Below are positions 41,319-55,451 of a DNA stretch of 64,000 nucleotides, in pieces. Within the stretch, counting starts at the first letter, position 1. Every line of letters starts with the position of its first letter. The notes beneath the pieces are model-generated. The model ran no database searches. It was not told the origin of the DNA and saw only the letters and a program-made list of their open reading frames with translations. A program made the translations under genes and the position numbers. The stretch comes from Eledone cirrhosa (lineage: Eukaryota), in assembly GCA_964016885.1 (NCBI GenBank), contig OZ024761.1, positions 29,884,001 through 29,948,000 on the forward strand, given 5' to 3'.

Positions 41319-42539
41319 TTGTATGTATGTATCATTTAACATATGTTTACCCTGCTAGCAAATTTTCTGTTACATTTATATGGAAGAGAAAGAAGAAGAA
41401 ACATGTCTAAAGACGAGCCCCTCGGGTGAAAGCCTCAGGTAAAAAACTTCAGTGAGGTTGATTGAGTAACATGTCATATATATATATATATATATATACC
41501 TTACAGAAATTTGCAAGCTATATTCTTCATCAAGCAGTATACATGTCTGTGTGTATGAGGTATATGTATGCATACATACACACACACATAAATATATATA
41601 CATACACACACATAAATATATATATATGTAGTGAAAAGGTAACAGAGCATGTATTATTTTAAATCATGCAAAACTTAGTCAAAATTAAATGGTTTAAGCT
41701 TGATCATTGGGCTTATATGGTCTAAAATAATACATACATACATACATAGACATACATATGCACATACATACAGACACACACCTTCACAGATACTCATACA
41801 CTAACATACAAACATACACACATGCCTACATAGATATACGCATGCACACACTGACTTCAGTATTTTTTGATTATCAGGCGGTGGATTAGCAGTATCGATA
41901 GAGGGTCGGACGCCATGCTTTCCAGCATAGTTACGACCCTTTACGATCTGAGTTCAAATCCTGCCAAGGTTAACTTTGCCTTTCATCCTTACGGGGTCGA
42001 TAAAATAACGTACCAGTAATGCACTGGGTAATTGCTGGCCTTGTGCCTAAAGTAGAAACAATTATTTTGGAGGGTTTTATGTTATATTGTAAGAACTAGA
42101 CTTCCCGATGTATGGCATCATGCCATCTAAATGGAAAATTTGAGGGTTTAAAGTCAAGAGACAACGGGAAGAGGTGAAGCATGGCCTGTTATGTAATGGG
42201 GTCATAGTCACTGCAAATAATAATAGCTTAGGCTTTATTATATAGAAACTATGTAATATGACAGCTGCAGCTTCATAACGCCTGTCTTTCCCATTAGGTC
42301 GCTGTTGTGCTCTGGTTACATATGTCGAGTTTGGAGGATGGGTGGTCCATGTTTGATTTGCTGAATTTGGAGGGTGAGTATGGTTTGGTTTGGCAGGAGT
42401 CATAGGTACAGGCTGGCATTCGGTTTAGGGTGTTTGTTGAGGGTTAGTAGACTGTTTGGAACAATAACGGTCTTATTTACGTATACATTCACACACACAC
42501 ACATACACTTATAGACAGAGAGAGAGACAGACAGAGAAA

Positions 42540-42809
42540 TCATCCAGATTTAAACAACAAAATAGCTACTTGTCCCAAGTAGAAATAAATGAAATGTTTT
42601 GTTTCGTGAGTAACATAACTTCCAAAATTACGTCCCACGATACAATGCCAGGTCGGGTTGTAATTTTTGTCAAACTCTTTCTTGATGTAAGCCGCAATAT
42701 CCTTCTCGATATTGTATTTCTCCATGGCTTGGGATGAACACGTTATTGCCGCTGACTGCATTTCTTCTGACATATCAGCATTTTTAACAACAGCTTTTTT
42801 ATCACCCAT
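42540..42809 (-). CDS. DYNLL: Dynein light chain LC8, single coding exon
   Basis: 89 aa [18 protein letters not shown]...[36 protein letters not shown]; upstream acceptor TTTTCTCAG| with exon start at 42862; AATAAA on the minus strand at 42234-42239. Confidence 0.98.
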   Translation of the reverse strand: MGDKKAVVKNADMSEEMQSAAITCSSQAMEKYNIEKDIAAYIKKEFDKNYNPTWHCIVGRNFGSYVTHETKHFIYFYLGQVAILLFKSG

Positions 42810-42967
42810 CTTGAAATTTTATCTTATTTTTATTTTTTGCGTTTCGGTTTTGGTGGATAGAGCTGAGAAAAGTTAAAAAAAAAAAAAGAGAAAATTAGAA
42901 ATTAATATTGGCGGTTAATTTGATCAACTTCTAGTGGAGTAATCCTTGGGTTAAATTGGCTGGGGTA

Positions 42968-43285
42968 TGAAAATGTTTCCATTGCTGATACTATTAGTCA
43001 CAACTCCTGGCAGAAGAAAGGAGCTGATTATCAGATCAGACTAAGGAAACAATGTTTCCATTGGTCTTTCCATTGTTGATACTATCAGTCACAGCTTCTG
43101 GCAGAAGAAAGGAGCTGATCATCAGATCAGACTAAGGAAGCAATGTTTCCATTGGTTTTTCCATTGTTGATATTATCTATCAGTCACAACTCCTGGTAGA
43201 AGAAAGGAGCTGGTCATCAGATTTGACCAAGGTAACAATGTTTCTATTGGTCTATCCATTGCTAACATTATATCTATCAGCCACA
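42968..43285. repeat. About 85-bp tandem repeat in DYNLL intron
   Basis: AATGTTTCCATTG...GGCAGAAGAAAGGAGCTGATCATCAGATCAGACTAAGG repeated 3-4 times. Confidence 0.85.
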
Positions 43286-44577
43286 TTGGCAGTATCGGTA
43301 GAGGGTCGGACGCCATGCTTTCCAGCATAGTTACGTCCCTTTACGGTCTGAGTTCAAATCCCGCCGAGGTTGACTTTGCCTTTCATCCTTACGGGGTCGA
43401 TAAAATAAAGTACCAGTAATGCACTGGGTAATTGCTGGCCTTGTGCCTAAAGAAGAAACAATTATATCTATCAGCCACAACTTCTGACAAAAAGCAAGGC
43501 CTGAACTCAGAACTCTGTGGATCATTATATCTGATATTTTAATTACTCAAATGACTCAACAAAAAGAGGAAGTTTAATTTTTTTTACAAAGCAATGCAAA
43601 ACACCCAAAAAACCTATTAGTTCCAGTCAGGAACCTGTTTGACATTTAGTGTATGTGTATTCATTGTTTGATGTTTGACATATGCAAATTTGACATATGC
43701 AAATTTGACTTATGCAAATAGTTGTCACAGTTTTCAGTTTTTCCTTCTTTTTTTTTAGGCTATTTTTTTTCATAAATGTACAAGATTTTTACTAGTTTAT
43801 ATAGCTGGCTTTTCTTAATACTTAATAGTAATCCTTTCATTATCATATTTCTAATGCTTTGACGCATAGAGTTACGGCCCTTGCCATTCTGAGTTCAAAT
43901 CCCGCCGAGGTTAACTTTGCCTTTCATCCTTAAGGGGTCGATAAAATAAAGTACCAGTAATGCACTGGGTAATTGCTGGCCTTGTGCCAAAAGTAGAAAC
44001 AATTATCATATTTCTAATGAAAGGCACTGTATAGTAGTTGTAGTAGTAGTAGTAGTGTTGTAGAAGTAGTAGTAGCAGCATCAGCTGTAGTAAAAGTAGT
44101 AGTAACAGCAACGGCTTTAGGAATAGTAGTGGCTTTAGGAATAGTAGTAGCTGTAGTAATAGTGTAGTAGTAATAGCTGTAGAAGTAGTAGCAGTAGCAG
44201 CTGTAGAAGTAGTAGTAGTAATAACTGTTTCTACTTTAGGCACAAGGCCAGCAATTACCCCAGTGCATTACTGGTACTTTATTTTATCGACCCCGTAAGG
44301 ATGAAAGGCAAAGTTAACCTCGGCGGGATTTGAACTCAGATCGTAAAGGGACGTAACTATGCTGGAAAGCATGGCGTCCGACCCTCTACCGCTACTGCCA
44401 ATCCACCAGTAGTAATAACAGTTGTTAAAGTAGTTTAAGTAGTAGAAGCAGCAGCAGTAGTAGTAGTTAGAGCAGCAGCAGTAGTAGCTGTAGTTGTAAT
44501 AACAGTTGTAAAAGTTGTAGCAGCAACAGTTGTGGTGGTGGGGATGATATAGGTAGAAGTAGAGAATAAAATCTTAC

Positions 44578-44689
44578 CGGTTTTGTTTGCTTTTTATATC
44601 ACAGTCAAAAAATATATTTTTTATTAAGTGGAAAGTTCAGTTGAAAATGCTGCCTTGCAGGTTTTTTTTCTATCACAAAATTCCTTCAA
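44578..44689 (-). other. Candidate non-coding 5'UTR exon of DYNLL
   Basis: Minus strand: CTAAT branch motif and TTTTTGTTACAG acceptor, 112-nt exon, CCG|GTAAGA donor; unique sequence between SINEs. Confidence 0.55.
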
Positions 44690-45324
44690 CTGTAACAAAA
44701 ATAAATTAGTACAGTTTACCATCATTAAATATAGAAATAGGGCGGTGGATTGGCAGTATCGGTAGAGGGTCAGACAACATGTTTTATAGTATAAGGTTAC
44801 GGCTTTTTACAATCTGAGTTCAAATCCTGCTGAGGTTGGCTTTGCCTTTCATCCTTACGGATGTATATATATATATATATATATATAATTGTTTCTACTT
44901 CAGGCACAAGGCCAGCAATTACCCCAGTACATTACTGGTACTTTATTTTATCGACCTCGTAAGGATTAAAGGCAAAGTAAACCTCGGCGGGATAATAATT
45001 GTTTCTACTTCAGGCACAAGGCCAGCAATTACCCCAGTGCATTACTGGTACTTTATTTTATCGACCTCGTAAGGATTAAAGGCAAAGTAAACCTCGGCGG
45101 GATAATAATTGTTTCTACTTCAGGCACAAGGCCAGCAATTACCCCAGTGCATTACTGGTACTTTATTTTATCGACCTCGTAAGGATTAAAGGCAAAGTAA
45201 ACCTCGGCGGGATTTGAACACAGAATGGCAAGGACCGTAACTCTATGCGTCAAAGCATGGTGTCCAACCCTCTACTGATACTGCCAATCCACCGCCTTGT
45301 ATATATATATATATATATATATAT

Positions 45325-45517
45325 AAAACGAAGGAGGTATGGTAAGGAACCAGATGGGCCATAACGCACCAGAGTACTCAATACTTAGGGTAGTAGAGTG
45401 GGTAATGGGAAAAAGTTAGATCCCGACGGCAGAGCTCAAGCCGTTTCGACGGCTATTTTAGTCCAGAAATAGCCGTCGAAATGGCTTGAGCTCTGCCGTC
45501 GGGGTCTAACTTTTTCC

Positions 45518-45520
<3 letters not shown>
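45325..45520. mobile_element. Second copy of the 55-bp-arm hairpin element
   Basis: CCCGACGGCAGAGCTCAAGCC...GGCTTGAGCTCTGCCGTCGGG with the same tail as the 19857 copy; (TA)n flanks. Confidence 0.7.
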
Positions 45521-45548
<28 letters not shown>

Positions 45549-46504
45549 GAAATAAACGTTTTCTCATTGATATTTTTTGTAGAAAGTTATTAAGATCACA
45601 GTATTTTACAAACCTGACTAAAGAAGTCTCATTATTATCCCCTTTCAGCCTTACAGGGTCGATAAAATAAAGTACCAGTAATGTACTGGGTAATTGCTGG
45701 CCTTGTGCCTGAAGTAGAAACAATTATTATCTCACCAAGGTTAACTTTGCCTTTCATCCTTACGGGGTCGATAAAATAAAGTACCAGTAATGTACTGGGT
45801 AATTGCTGGCCCCGTGCCAAAAATAGAAACAATTATTATCCCGATTGGTAGAGCGTCGGATGTCACGCTTTGCGTCATAGAGTTACGGCCCTTCACGGCA
45901 TGAGTTCAAATGCCGCCGAAGTTAACATTGTCTTTCTTCAAAATAAAGCACCAGTGATGCACTGGGGTAATTGCTGGCCTTGTGCCAAAAGTAGAAACAT
46001 TTATTATCCTGCCGAGCTTAACTTTGCCTTTCATCCTTACGGGGTCGATAAAATAAAGTACCAGTAATGCACTGGGGTTGATTTAATCAACTTTCCTCTC
46101 CCCTAAAAGTGTTGACCTTGTGCCTAAATCAGAAACCATTATTAAATAGAGAACTGGCTACTACAGGACTAGAACTGTTTTATTCATATGAAATCATCTG
46201 ATTTCATACAAATTAAACAGTTCTAGTCCTGTAGAAGCCATTTCTATATTAAATAATTGTTTCTACTTTTGGCACAAGGCCAGCAATTACCCCAGTGCAT
46301 TACTGGTATTTTATTTTATCGACCCCGTAAGGATGGAAGGCAAAGTTAACCTTGGTGGGATTTGAAATCAGATAATAAAGGGCCGTAACTCTATCCTATA
46401 CCTTTTTAACAGTGGTTACCCCCCAATTTAACTTGGGATCTACATGTTACTAAGTAAAAGAATGTACATCATCATTATTGTAGTTTTAATGTCTGTTTAT
46501 CTCT

Positions 46505-47055
<551 letters not shown>

Positions 47056-47284
47056 TATAGTATAACTAAAATTTCATATACCTACCGTGTATGTGTGACC
47101 TTAGGTTTCGGGGGCCCAGCATTCAAATGGTTCCTCAAGGTCACACATATGTTAAGTGTATGAAAATTTAATTATATTAAATAAGCTCTCTTGTAATAGA
47201 TTTGGCATTGTTTTACTTGGTCTTTTATCTACGGATTTCCTGCATATATATATATATATAACACAGTAAAGAGAGAAATACGCG

Positions 47285-47345
<61 letters not shown>

Positions 47346-49145
47346 GTGTTCAAATTATAAGATATATATATATATCATCATCATCTAACATCCACTTTCC
47401 CTGCTAGCAAGGGTTGGACATATGTGTGTGTGTGTGTGTGTGAGCATGTGTGTATATATAGTTTAACAAATTGTAACTTTCCGTTACTGAGAATGACAGA
47501 ACACTCCAACTGTATGATGACTCTATGACACCTCGTTCCTACTCACCCTTGCAAGCAGGGAAAAGCGGACGTAAAATGATGGTGATGATGATGATGTGTG
47601 TGTTATGTTGGTACCACAAAACATCCAGTATTTTACAAACCCGACTTGGAAGTATCGGTTGAGTGTCAGACACCATGCTTTGCAGCATAGCGTTATGGCC
47701 CTTTACGTTCTGAGTTCAAATTCCACTGAGGTTAACTTTGCGGAAAAGGTAATGCACTGGGTAATTGCTGCCCTTGTGCCAAAAGTAGAAACAATTATTA
47801 CTAGCAGGGGCTTCTGGTTTTTTTTTGCATTCTGAGTACAAATCCCACTGAAGATATAATAAAGTACCAGTCGAGCACTGGTGATGGCCAATATAATCGA
47901 CTTTCCCCCACCCCCAAATTACTGGCCTTGTGCCTATCTTAGAAAGAATTATTTCTGATAGGGGCTTCAGGCTCTTAACATTCTCGAGGCTCAACTTCAC
48001 CTTTCATCTTTCTAGGGCAGGTAAAATAAAGTACCAGTAAAATACTATGGTTGATGTATTCAACTTATCTCTCCTCTTTTAACAAATTGCTGGCCTTGTC
48101 TCTAAATCAGAAACCATTTTTACTAGTATATGAGAATGAATTTCTTTAGAACAACCAGACAGAAAATACCTCACACACACAGGGTATCTATTTATAAAAC
48201 ATCTATTTTAGATATTTAAGTGATATCAACATCCCTCAGTTCATATTACAGAGTAAATTCTTGCCTCTTCATTAAATCTTTCACCCAATAAAATGTGTCC
48301 GATTTAACCCTCTTCTTACCAACCTGCTTCAAACTTCTCCTGATTTTTGTATCATACAAGACTGTCTATTTATATTTATCTACAAAAGCTTCACTTATAA
48401 TTTTATGTAAGCACCTTTATTAAGTTATGCCCCAAACCCCAACTTAATAATGAGAAAGTTAGTTATATTATTAAATCACTTCAAATGTGTTTGTTTTTTG
48501 TTTTTTTCTATTTAGATTTATCTAGGTGGCAAATTGACAGAGTCGTTAAAACATCAGACAGAATGCTTTGAGGTATTCGTTCCTGCTCTCTGAGTTCAAA
48601 TCTCACCAAGGTCTACTTTGCCTTTCATCCTTTTGAGATTGATTAAAAAAAGTACCAGTCTAGTACTGGGGTGGATTCTTCCTCTACTATATCTCTTTCT
48701 CATTTCCTCTCTCTATATTTTTATCTTCCTCTGGAAAAAATCTTCTGTACTCAGTCAGGCCTGGGGAGGCATGGGGGCTCTGCCAGGCTTAAAATGCCCA
48801 ACAAATGCTGTATGTCAATATGATCCCTTACGACTATCAAGAGATATGGGACCATACATACATATTTATCTACAAAACCTCCTCTTATAATTTTATGTAA
48901 GAACCTTTTTAAGTTACACCCCAAACCCCAACTTAATAATGAGAAAGTTAATTATGTTACTAAATCACTTCAAATGCTTTTATTTTCTATTTATATTTAT
49001 CTACAAAAGCTCCACTTATAATATTATGTAAGAAGTTTTATTAAGTTATGCCCCAAACCCCAACTTAACCCTTTAACATTTACATTACTCTATATTTACT
49101 GTTATATTTTCACAGTAAAGGCTTTACCTCACATAATTATCTCAT

Positions 49146-49644
49146 ATTAGCAGTGGTACCCGGCGTTGCACGGGATAAGGTATTGAGAAATATATAACCG
49201 CCTTAGCTAAGCTTAGTATTGCCACAACCACGGCTGGCAAAGAAGTAAGGGTCTGGTGGTATGTAACTAAGCAACACTGTGGCTTAAAACGTGAGGAAGA
49301 AGTTGTGTGCACTTACCAACTGTTTGGGGAATGAGTGTGAGATTTGTCTTGAGCAAGGGTGGCAGAATAACCGGAGGCAGCAGACAGCCAGACATACAGA
49401 CAGATATTATAAGGGCCCAACGTTATATGTATGTATCTATCTAAAAAGGGAAAGACTAAGAATTATAGAGAGAGATCGCTAAATCGCCCAATGCGGTCCC
49501 TAGGGCATTGAAAATTTGAAATTGTTTTTGCTCAGAACACTCCCTGAAACATAAGTATTACATGTGTAAAGTTTGAAAACAGTAGTTTTAGGGATTCAAA
49601 CTCACACACACACAGACAGACATCCTCAGTTTTATATATATAGC
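49146..49644 (+). mobile_element. Non-autonomous Helitron-like element nested in a piggyBac-type MITE
   Basis: Interrupts the MITE consensus at 49069-49784; starts ATTAGCAGTGGTACCCGGCGTTGCACGGG and ends CAGACAGACATCCTCAGTTTTATATATATAG. Confidence 0.55.
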
Positions 49645-51237
49645 TAATATCGAATCTATGAGATTTTGATATTATTTATTTTGAGGACAGTACTTTAACA
49701 TTGGTGTGGATGACCAGTTATGGCCTGTTTGAACAAAAAAAGAGAGAATTCTGGCCAGATATGGCCGGTTTAAATGCTAAAAGGTTAATATTAGTAAATC
49801 ACTTCAAATGCTTTTTTTTTAATAGGATGAGGAAAGGCCACTCCTTAAAAGTGCATAGTTGTCATTATGGTTGGTATTCAACTTATAAGGCCATGCAGCA
49901 AATTAACAGTGTCATTAGAACATCAGATAAAAGGCTTTGTTGTATTTAGTTTGACTCTTTGAATCCTGAGTTCAACTCCTGCTAAGGCTAACACTCTGTT
50001 GTATTCATTTTAGCTCTTAGCACCCTGGGGTCAACTCCTGCCAACGCTAAACTCTGCCTTTCAATCTTTTGACATTGATAAAAAAAAAAAATACCAGTTC
50101 AGTACTAGGGTCAATTCTTCCTCTATATCTCTTTCTTACTTCCTCTCTCCTGCCCGGGGGGGGGGGGGGGGTCATTACCTCCACTTCAGTATTGACTTGG
50201 TCAGTGAAGACCCAACCAACCTTTGTTAAGAGGGAAAGTGTACGTTAAATGATAATGATGATGATACTGGAAGGACTTTAAAAGTTACCTTAGCCAACAG
50301 TATATGATATACATTTTTTTTTAATCGACTGATAGAATGTTTATAACAATAGACAATGTCTTGCAGTATTTTCTTACTGTTCTTTCCATTCCAGGTTCAA
50401 ATCTTGTTGAGGTCAACTTTAACTTTTACCTTTCTGGGTTTGATAAACAAAATACCAGACAAAATATCATATTCCTTTATAAAACATCCCACTCTTGGGT
50501 CCCAAATATTAGAGGAGTGGTAGAAACATTGGTAATTTCTCTAGGTTGTCTCAGTTTTTTTTGTTTTTTTTTAAACCAGAATTAGTTGTTTAGTTTACAT
50601 ATTGATACATCCAACACATCCTATTTATTTTGTAATATATGGGATTTCTTGTAATGTTCTTTTTTTTTTGGTCATGTATAATGGTTTTAATGTATAAAGA
50701 AAATTAAGTATCACAAGACTGCTACCACTAAAAATAAAATCTTGCTGGAGATAGATTAATAAAATTTAATAAGCGGGGGAAGTTGGGGGTTGGAATAAGA
50801 GTGAGGATTTTGAAAAAATCTGAAAAGTTAATAAGCAGGCGGCGTGGTGGTGGTGGTGGTGGGGGGGGACAATCATTTGTGACCTCAGAGTAGGTATCAA
50901 TGGAAAAACTAATCAAAAGACATTTTCGAGTAAAGTTACTTTTTTTTTTTTAAATTCTAAAATTAAAAGCTTGCTTAATCAGTTGGTGCATCATACTTAT
51001 AGAAAATAAAATATTTAAAATCTTATCCATAGGAGTGTTAGGCTAAAATACAAGGCAGTAAATTTGTAATGCTCTTCTGAAAGAACTGCAAGCAATATAT
51101 AATGTTATTTAAGCCTTTGTAATGTTATTTATACAACTGTGAATAAAATTCTATTGTGTATATTCTAGCCCGTGGCGATCAAAACGTTTGTGGGAGCTGG
51201 GCACCTGACAATGAAGTACTTATTGGCTCTCAACTTA

Positions 51238-51512
51238 AAGTTATGTTCCCGGTGAGGGTGCTTGGCTATTACAATGCCCTAACTTTACCTTACCTCGCTG
51301 TAACGAGAGGTCAGGTTATGTTCCCGGTGAGGGTGCTTGGCTATTACAGTGCCCTAACTTTGCCTTACCTCGCCTTAAAGAATTATCAGGTTATGTTCCC
51401 AGTGAGGATGCTTGCTTATTCCAGCACCCTAACTTTGCTATTACTTAGCCTTAACAAGTTATTAGGTTATGTTCTTGGTGGGGGTGCTTGGTTATTCCAG
51501 CACCTTAACCTC
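51238..51512. repeat. About 75-bp tandem repeat, 4 units
   Basis: GTTATGTTCCCGGTGAGGGTGCTTGGCTATTACAGTGCCCTAACTTT recurring. Confidence 0.85.
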
Positions 51513-52479
51513 GTTATCACCTGCACCAGTGCTGCCAGTGTCATGGGTTGCCCCAAAAGCTATTAGAGGGAAGCTCCAGCACCCCTTGTTGTGGTGTATG
51601 ATTGAGTGCTTGTGTAGGTCTACCACCACCACATTATTGAGAGAGAGAATTTTTAAGGGAAAACATACTCGAACTAAATGTAACATTACAATAAGGAATT
51701 TTGGTGTTACTCATTAAAAAAAAGTTTTCAGGCATGTCAAAAATACCGCCCCCAAAAAACCACTCACAGCATTGCTGCAGGTGATAGCGTGGCTAAGGCG
51801 ATGGAATGGTCAAGCACATGGTTGAGTCATGAGCAACACATGATAATAGTTAGATCTTTCAAGAATTCCAATCTACATGCTTCATATAACGATTAGTGAC
51901 ATTAAAATAAACTAAAAGCAACTTTTTAAAATGCTATTTTAAAAAATATTAAAAGAATTTTTTTTTTTGCTAATAATTAAAAATATATATATATTTCTTT
52001 AAAATATATGAAATTAATAAAATAAAATAAACAAAAGTTATTACTCGTTGTTGTTGCTGTTATCAGACTTGGCAATGTTTGGCGCTTGACGTTTGAAGAC
52101 GTGCGATGTTGTGTATATATATTTATATATATGTATAAGGCAATTGAAGAAAACAGACAAGACTTATAGAACTACAAAGATCATTAGATAATTGTTTTTA
52201 TTAATTCTTTATATATATGTGTGAGTGTGTGTGTATGTATGTGCGTGAGTGTCTATATATATATTTATGTGCGTATATATATACACGCACATAAATATAT
52301 ATATAGACACTCACGCACGCACATATATATATGTGTGTATATATATATATATACACACACACTTACATATATATGTGTATGTCAATTGATTAAGTCGATC
52401 CGCCCACCCTGTTACAAAGGCAGTCTAGCGTGGAAACTATTAACGCTCAATGCTCTGAAGTGATTCGTCGCTGTTCACC

Positions 52480-52800
52480 TTCTGATTGGCTGTTGCTAAG
52501 GCATTCTGCAGTAGCTTATATCAACCCACAATGCATTTCGTGACATGCCGTTCCTTCGACAGCGTACAGGAAGTTGATACTAATGTGTTGCAGACGACAG
52601 GTCAAGCCGGGCCACCGTCATTTACAAATTCTCCCCCCCCCCCCCCCCATTTCTTTTTATAGTAATTATTTTAATTTCAACTCACTTTTCTCTTAGATCA
52701 ATTCATTTTTCAGAGAAGTCATGCAACTGTATTAAATTGATTAAAAGTAATTTTCAATATACAACACGAGGCGAAGCGTAAATAAGGGCGGTAGCAACAA
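52480..52800. promoter_or_regulatory. Candidate DYNLL promoter region
   Basis: CpG-containing unique DNA with inverted CCAAT (52485), X-box-like GTTGCTAAGGCA (52492) and GTAGCAAC (52791), ZNF143-like CCCACAATGCA (52525), ETS CAGGAAGT (52567); minus-strand donor GTGAGT at 52680-52685. Confidence 0.45.
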
Positions 52801-53769
52801 ACTCGCTTTTGCATTCAGCATGTCGACCCTTGCTTGATGGGAGTTTTTTTTCTCAGAAGACCTGCTGTCCAAGTTTCCTGAAACTTTCTTACTACTCAGA
52901 TGGAGGCAACATAAGACTCTTAGAGAAATAAATAGACGATGTCCTCCTCGTATTTCTGATATTGTGTGAGATTTGCAGGCCATTGTTATGCCTCAAATGA
53001 AGATGTATCTTCTTTAGTGCTTCGGAAACAAACGCCTATCAAAAGCTAAAGTGGTTGCAAGCTCTCCTATCCTGATATCAAAAACCGTGGTGTTGCTGTT
53101 CGAGATCTAAGCAATATAATGAGTGATAGACCTATAAGTCTATTTTGGCTAAGGGGACGAAGCAAATCGAATAGAACGGACATAGCTTCGGTCGTTTCCT
53201 CACTCACTCAATCGACTAATATATATATATAGTATAATGTACTGTGGTATATATATATTTATATATATAGTACTGTATTTCTGATTTACCGTTGAGTCTA
53301 TTTCTGCTGAGGTCGCAGTATGATGACGATAATGTTAGAATAAAATACTGTAGAATTGTATTTCCGATCTATTTTTGAGAATTTTGAACTTAGGTTGCAG
53401 GATGATTATGGCGAATATTTTACTTTCATTTATTAAATATTTTCGGTCTGTAATTGTAGCACCGTTAAACATTAACGCTGAAATATTAACATCATGCTTT
53501 ACAATTTCATCTTGATAATGAATAACAGCAATCAATATAATGCAATAGATTTATTTTATACATGAGCGCAATGTTATTTTTGTAATTCAGCACCGAATTG
53601 TAAAAAAATGATGGGTTTTTTTTTTATTACATCAACATAAATAGCGCCTTCGAAAATATATCTCTCCAAAATTTAATTTAAAAGATCACGAAAGACTAGA
53701 GAGAGGTAGATAGATACAGAGATGGGTGCAATATAGTTAAAGGGAGATAATATGACGAAGTTAGAATGA

Positions 53770-55060
53770 TAATATTACCTCCCTTTGACTGTGTATACAC
53801 CCATCTCTGTATCTATCTACCTCTCTCAGTCTATCGATGTCAAAATTACCTCAATTTGCAACGTCACGTTCACCACTACTCTCTCTCTCTCATTTTGTTG
53901 TCCTCTTCCTCTCACTCTCTTAACGTTGTTTCCCTCAATCTCTCTTACTTCACATTGTCCGTCTCGCTCTCTGTGTTGTTTTTTTCTCTCGCTCCACCTT
54001 TTTCATTTGGGGAGGGGGGTTCTCTCTCTCAATATGTTTCTCTTACTCTGTTGTTTTCTCGCTCTTCCTCTCTCTTTCTCCTTCATATTGTCCTCCTGTC
54101 TCTCACTCTATTGTCTTTTCACTCTCTTACTTTATTTTGTCTCCCCCCTTCTCACTCCCACTGTATTGTCTTCTTTCTCTCTCTCCGTCTCTTACTTCAA
54201 ATTGTCACCCCTCTCTCTCTAACTTCTTTATATTACCTCCCTTTGACTGTATATACACCCATCTCTGTATCTATCTTCCTCTCTCAGTCTATCGACGTCA
54301 ACACCACCACGCTTTGCCACATCACGTTCACTTCCCCTCTCTCTCATTTTGTTGTCCTCTCTCTCTCCCTCTCTTACTTTATGTTGTTCCCCCCCCTCTG
54401 TCATTTTGTAGTCTTCTCTCTTTCCCTCTCTTACTTTTTGTTTTCCACCCTCTCACTCACTGTTGTCTTCTCTCTCTTTCTCTCTCAGTTGTCTTCTCTC
54501 TCTCCCTCTTTTCATATTGTTTTCCCCTCTGTTTCACTATGTTGTCTTCTCTCTCTCCCTCTCTTACTTCATATTGTCTGCCCCTCTCTCTCACTATGTT
54601 GTCCTCCCTCTCACTTTATTGTCTTTTTCTCTCGCTCCCTCTCTCACTTTGTTGTTTTTTTTCTCTCTCCCTCTCTTACTTTATGTTGTCTCCTCCTCTC
54701 TCTCCGTCTCTTACTCATTGTCATCCCTCTCTCACTAACTTCTTTATATTACCTCCCTTTGACTGTATATACACCCATCTCTGTATCTATCTACCTCTCT
54801 CTGACTATCTGCTTTAAAACTCGCTTGCCACAACTATGTTCACCACCCCTTTCTCTCCTTCTTTTATTTATGTTGATTTTCCCTCCTCTCTCTCGCTTAC
54901 TCTATGTTGTTTTACATCTCTGTCTGTTGTCTTTTCTCTCTTTTTTCCCCTCTCTTACTGTATGTTGTTTTATCTCTCCCTCTCTCTTATTTGTTGTCAT
55001 TTTCCCTCTCTCTCTTACTTTATGATTCTTCTAATAGCTTCTTTCTCTCTCTCTCATGTC
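53770..55060. repeat. CT-rich low-complexity repeat upstream of the SRSF gene
   Basis: Polypyrimidine strand; TATTACCTCCCTTTGACTGTATATACACCCATCTCTGTATCTATCT recurs three times, with an inverted copy at about 53700-53755. Confidence 0.85.
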
Positions 55061-55130
55061 TCCACTGCGCATGACAATTCACTGTTCTAGTTTTACCTTC
55101 TTTCGCCGCCATTTTTCTTTTTTCTTCCAA
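55060..55130 (+). promoter_or_regulatory. Candidate SRSF core promoter / TSS region
   Basis: TGCGCATG (NRF1-like) at 55066 and GCCGCCATTT (YY1 motif) at 55105, about 330 nt upstream of the proposed ATG. Confidence 0.45.
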
Positions 55131-55442
55131 TATTTTAGTTCTTCTCCCTTCACAACACAACATTTTATTATCTTCAGCTGCTTCTTCTAGTCGCTGTAAT
55201 TCATCATTTATCTTGTATCAACCCTTTTAACTCCAGGGAATATATATATATATTTAATACATATATAGTTTCACATATATTTATATATAGCAGATGTGTT
55301 CTGGGTACTTTTAAGAGTTGAAAATTTCTTTAATTTTCTAATCTCGTTTTTTTTCCTGTAGTTTTATGAAAATTATTTTTTTTGTTGAATCAAATAGTAA
55401 ATTATTTGTAATATTTAAAATTTCAAATCAAAAAAAATCAAC

Positions 55443-55451
55443 ATGAATTAC
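55443..55451 (+). CDS. SRSF1: SRSF1/9-like SR protein, 9-nt first coding segment (MNY)
   Basis: ATGAATTAC|GTAAGT donor in phase 0, in frame with the exon at 57636, which has no in-frame ATG before the RRM. Confidence 0.6.

Larger units (their letters stand above)
43285..46400. mobile_element. Cluster of SINE family B copies in both orientations upstream of the DYNLL coding exon
   Basis: Plus copies at about 43285-43462, 43855-44005, 45640-46143; minus copies at about 44222-44408, 44885-45297 (three tandem), 46255-46395. Confidence 0.85.

Noticed and set aside
53766-55025. 419-aa Leu/Ser/Phe-rich membrane-protein-like ORF
   Set aside because: Arises from CT-rich low-complexity DNA that is open in multiple frames.
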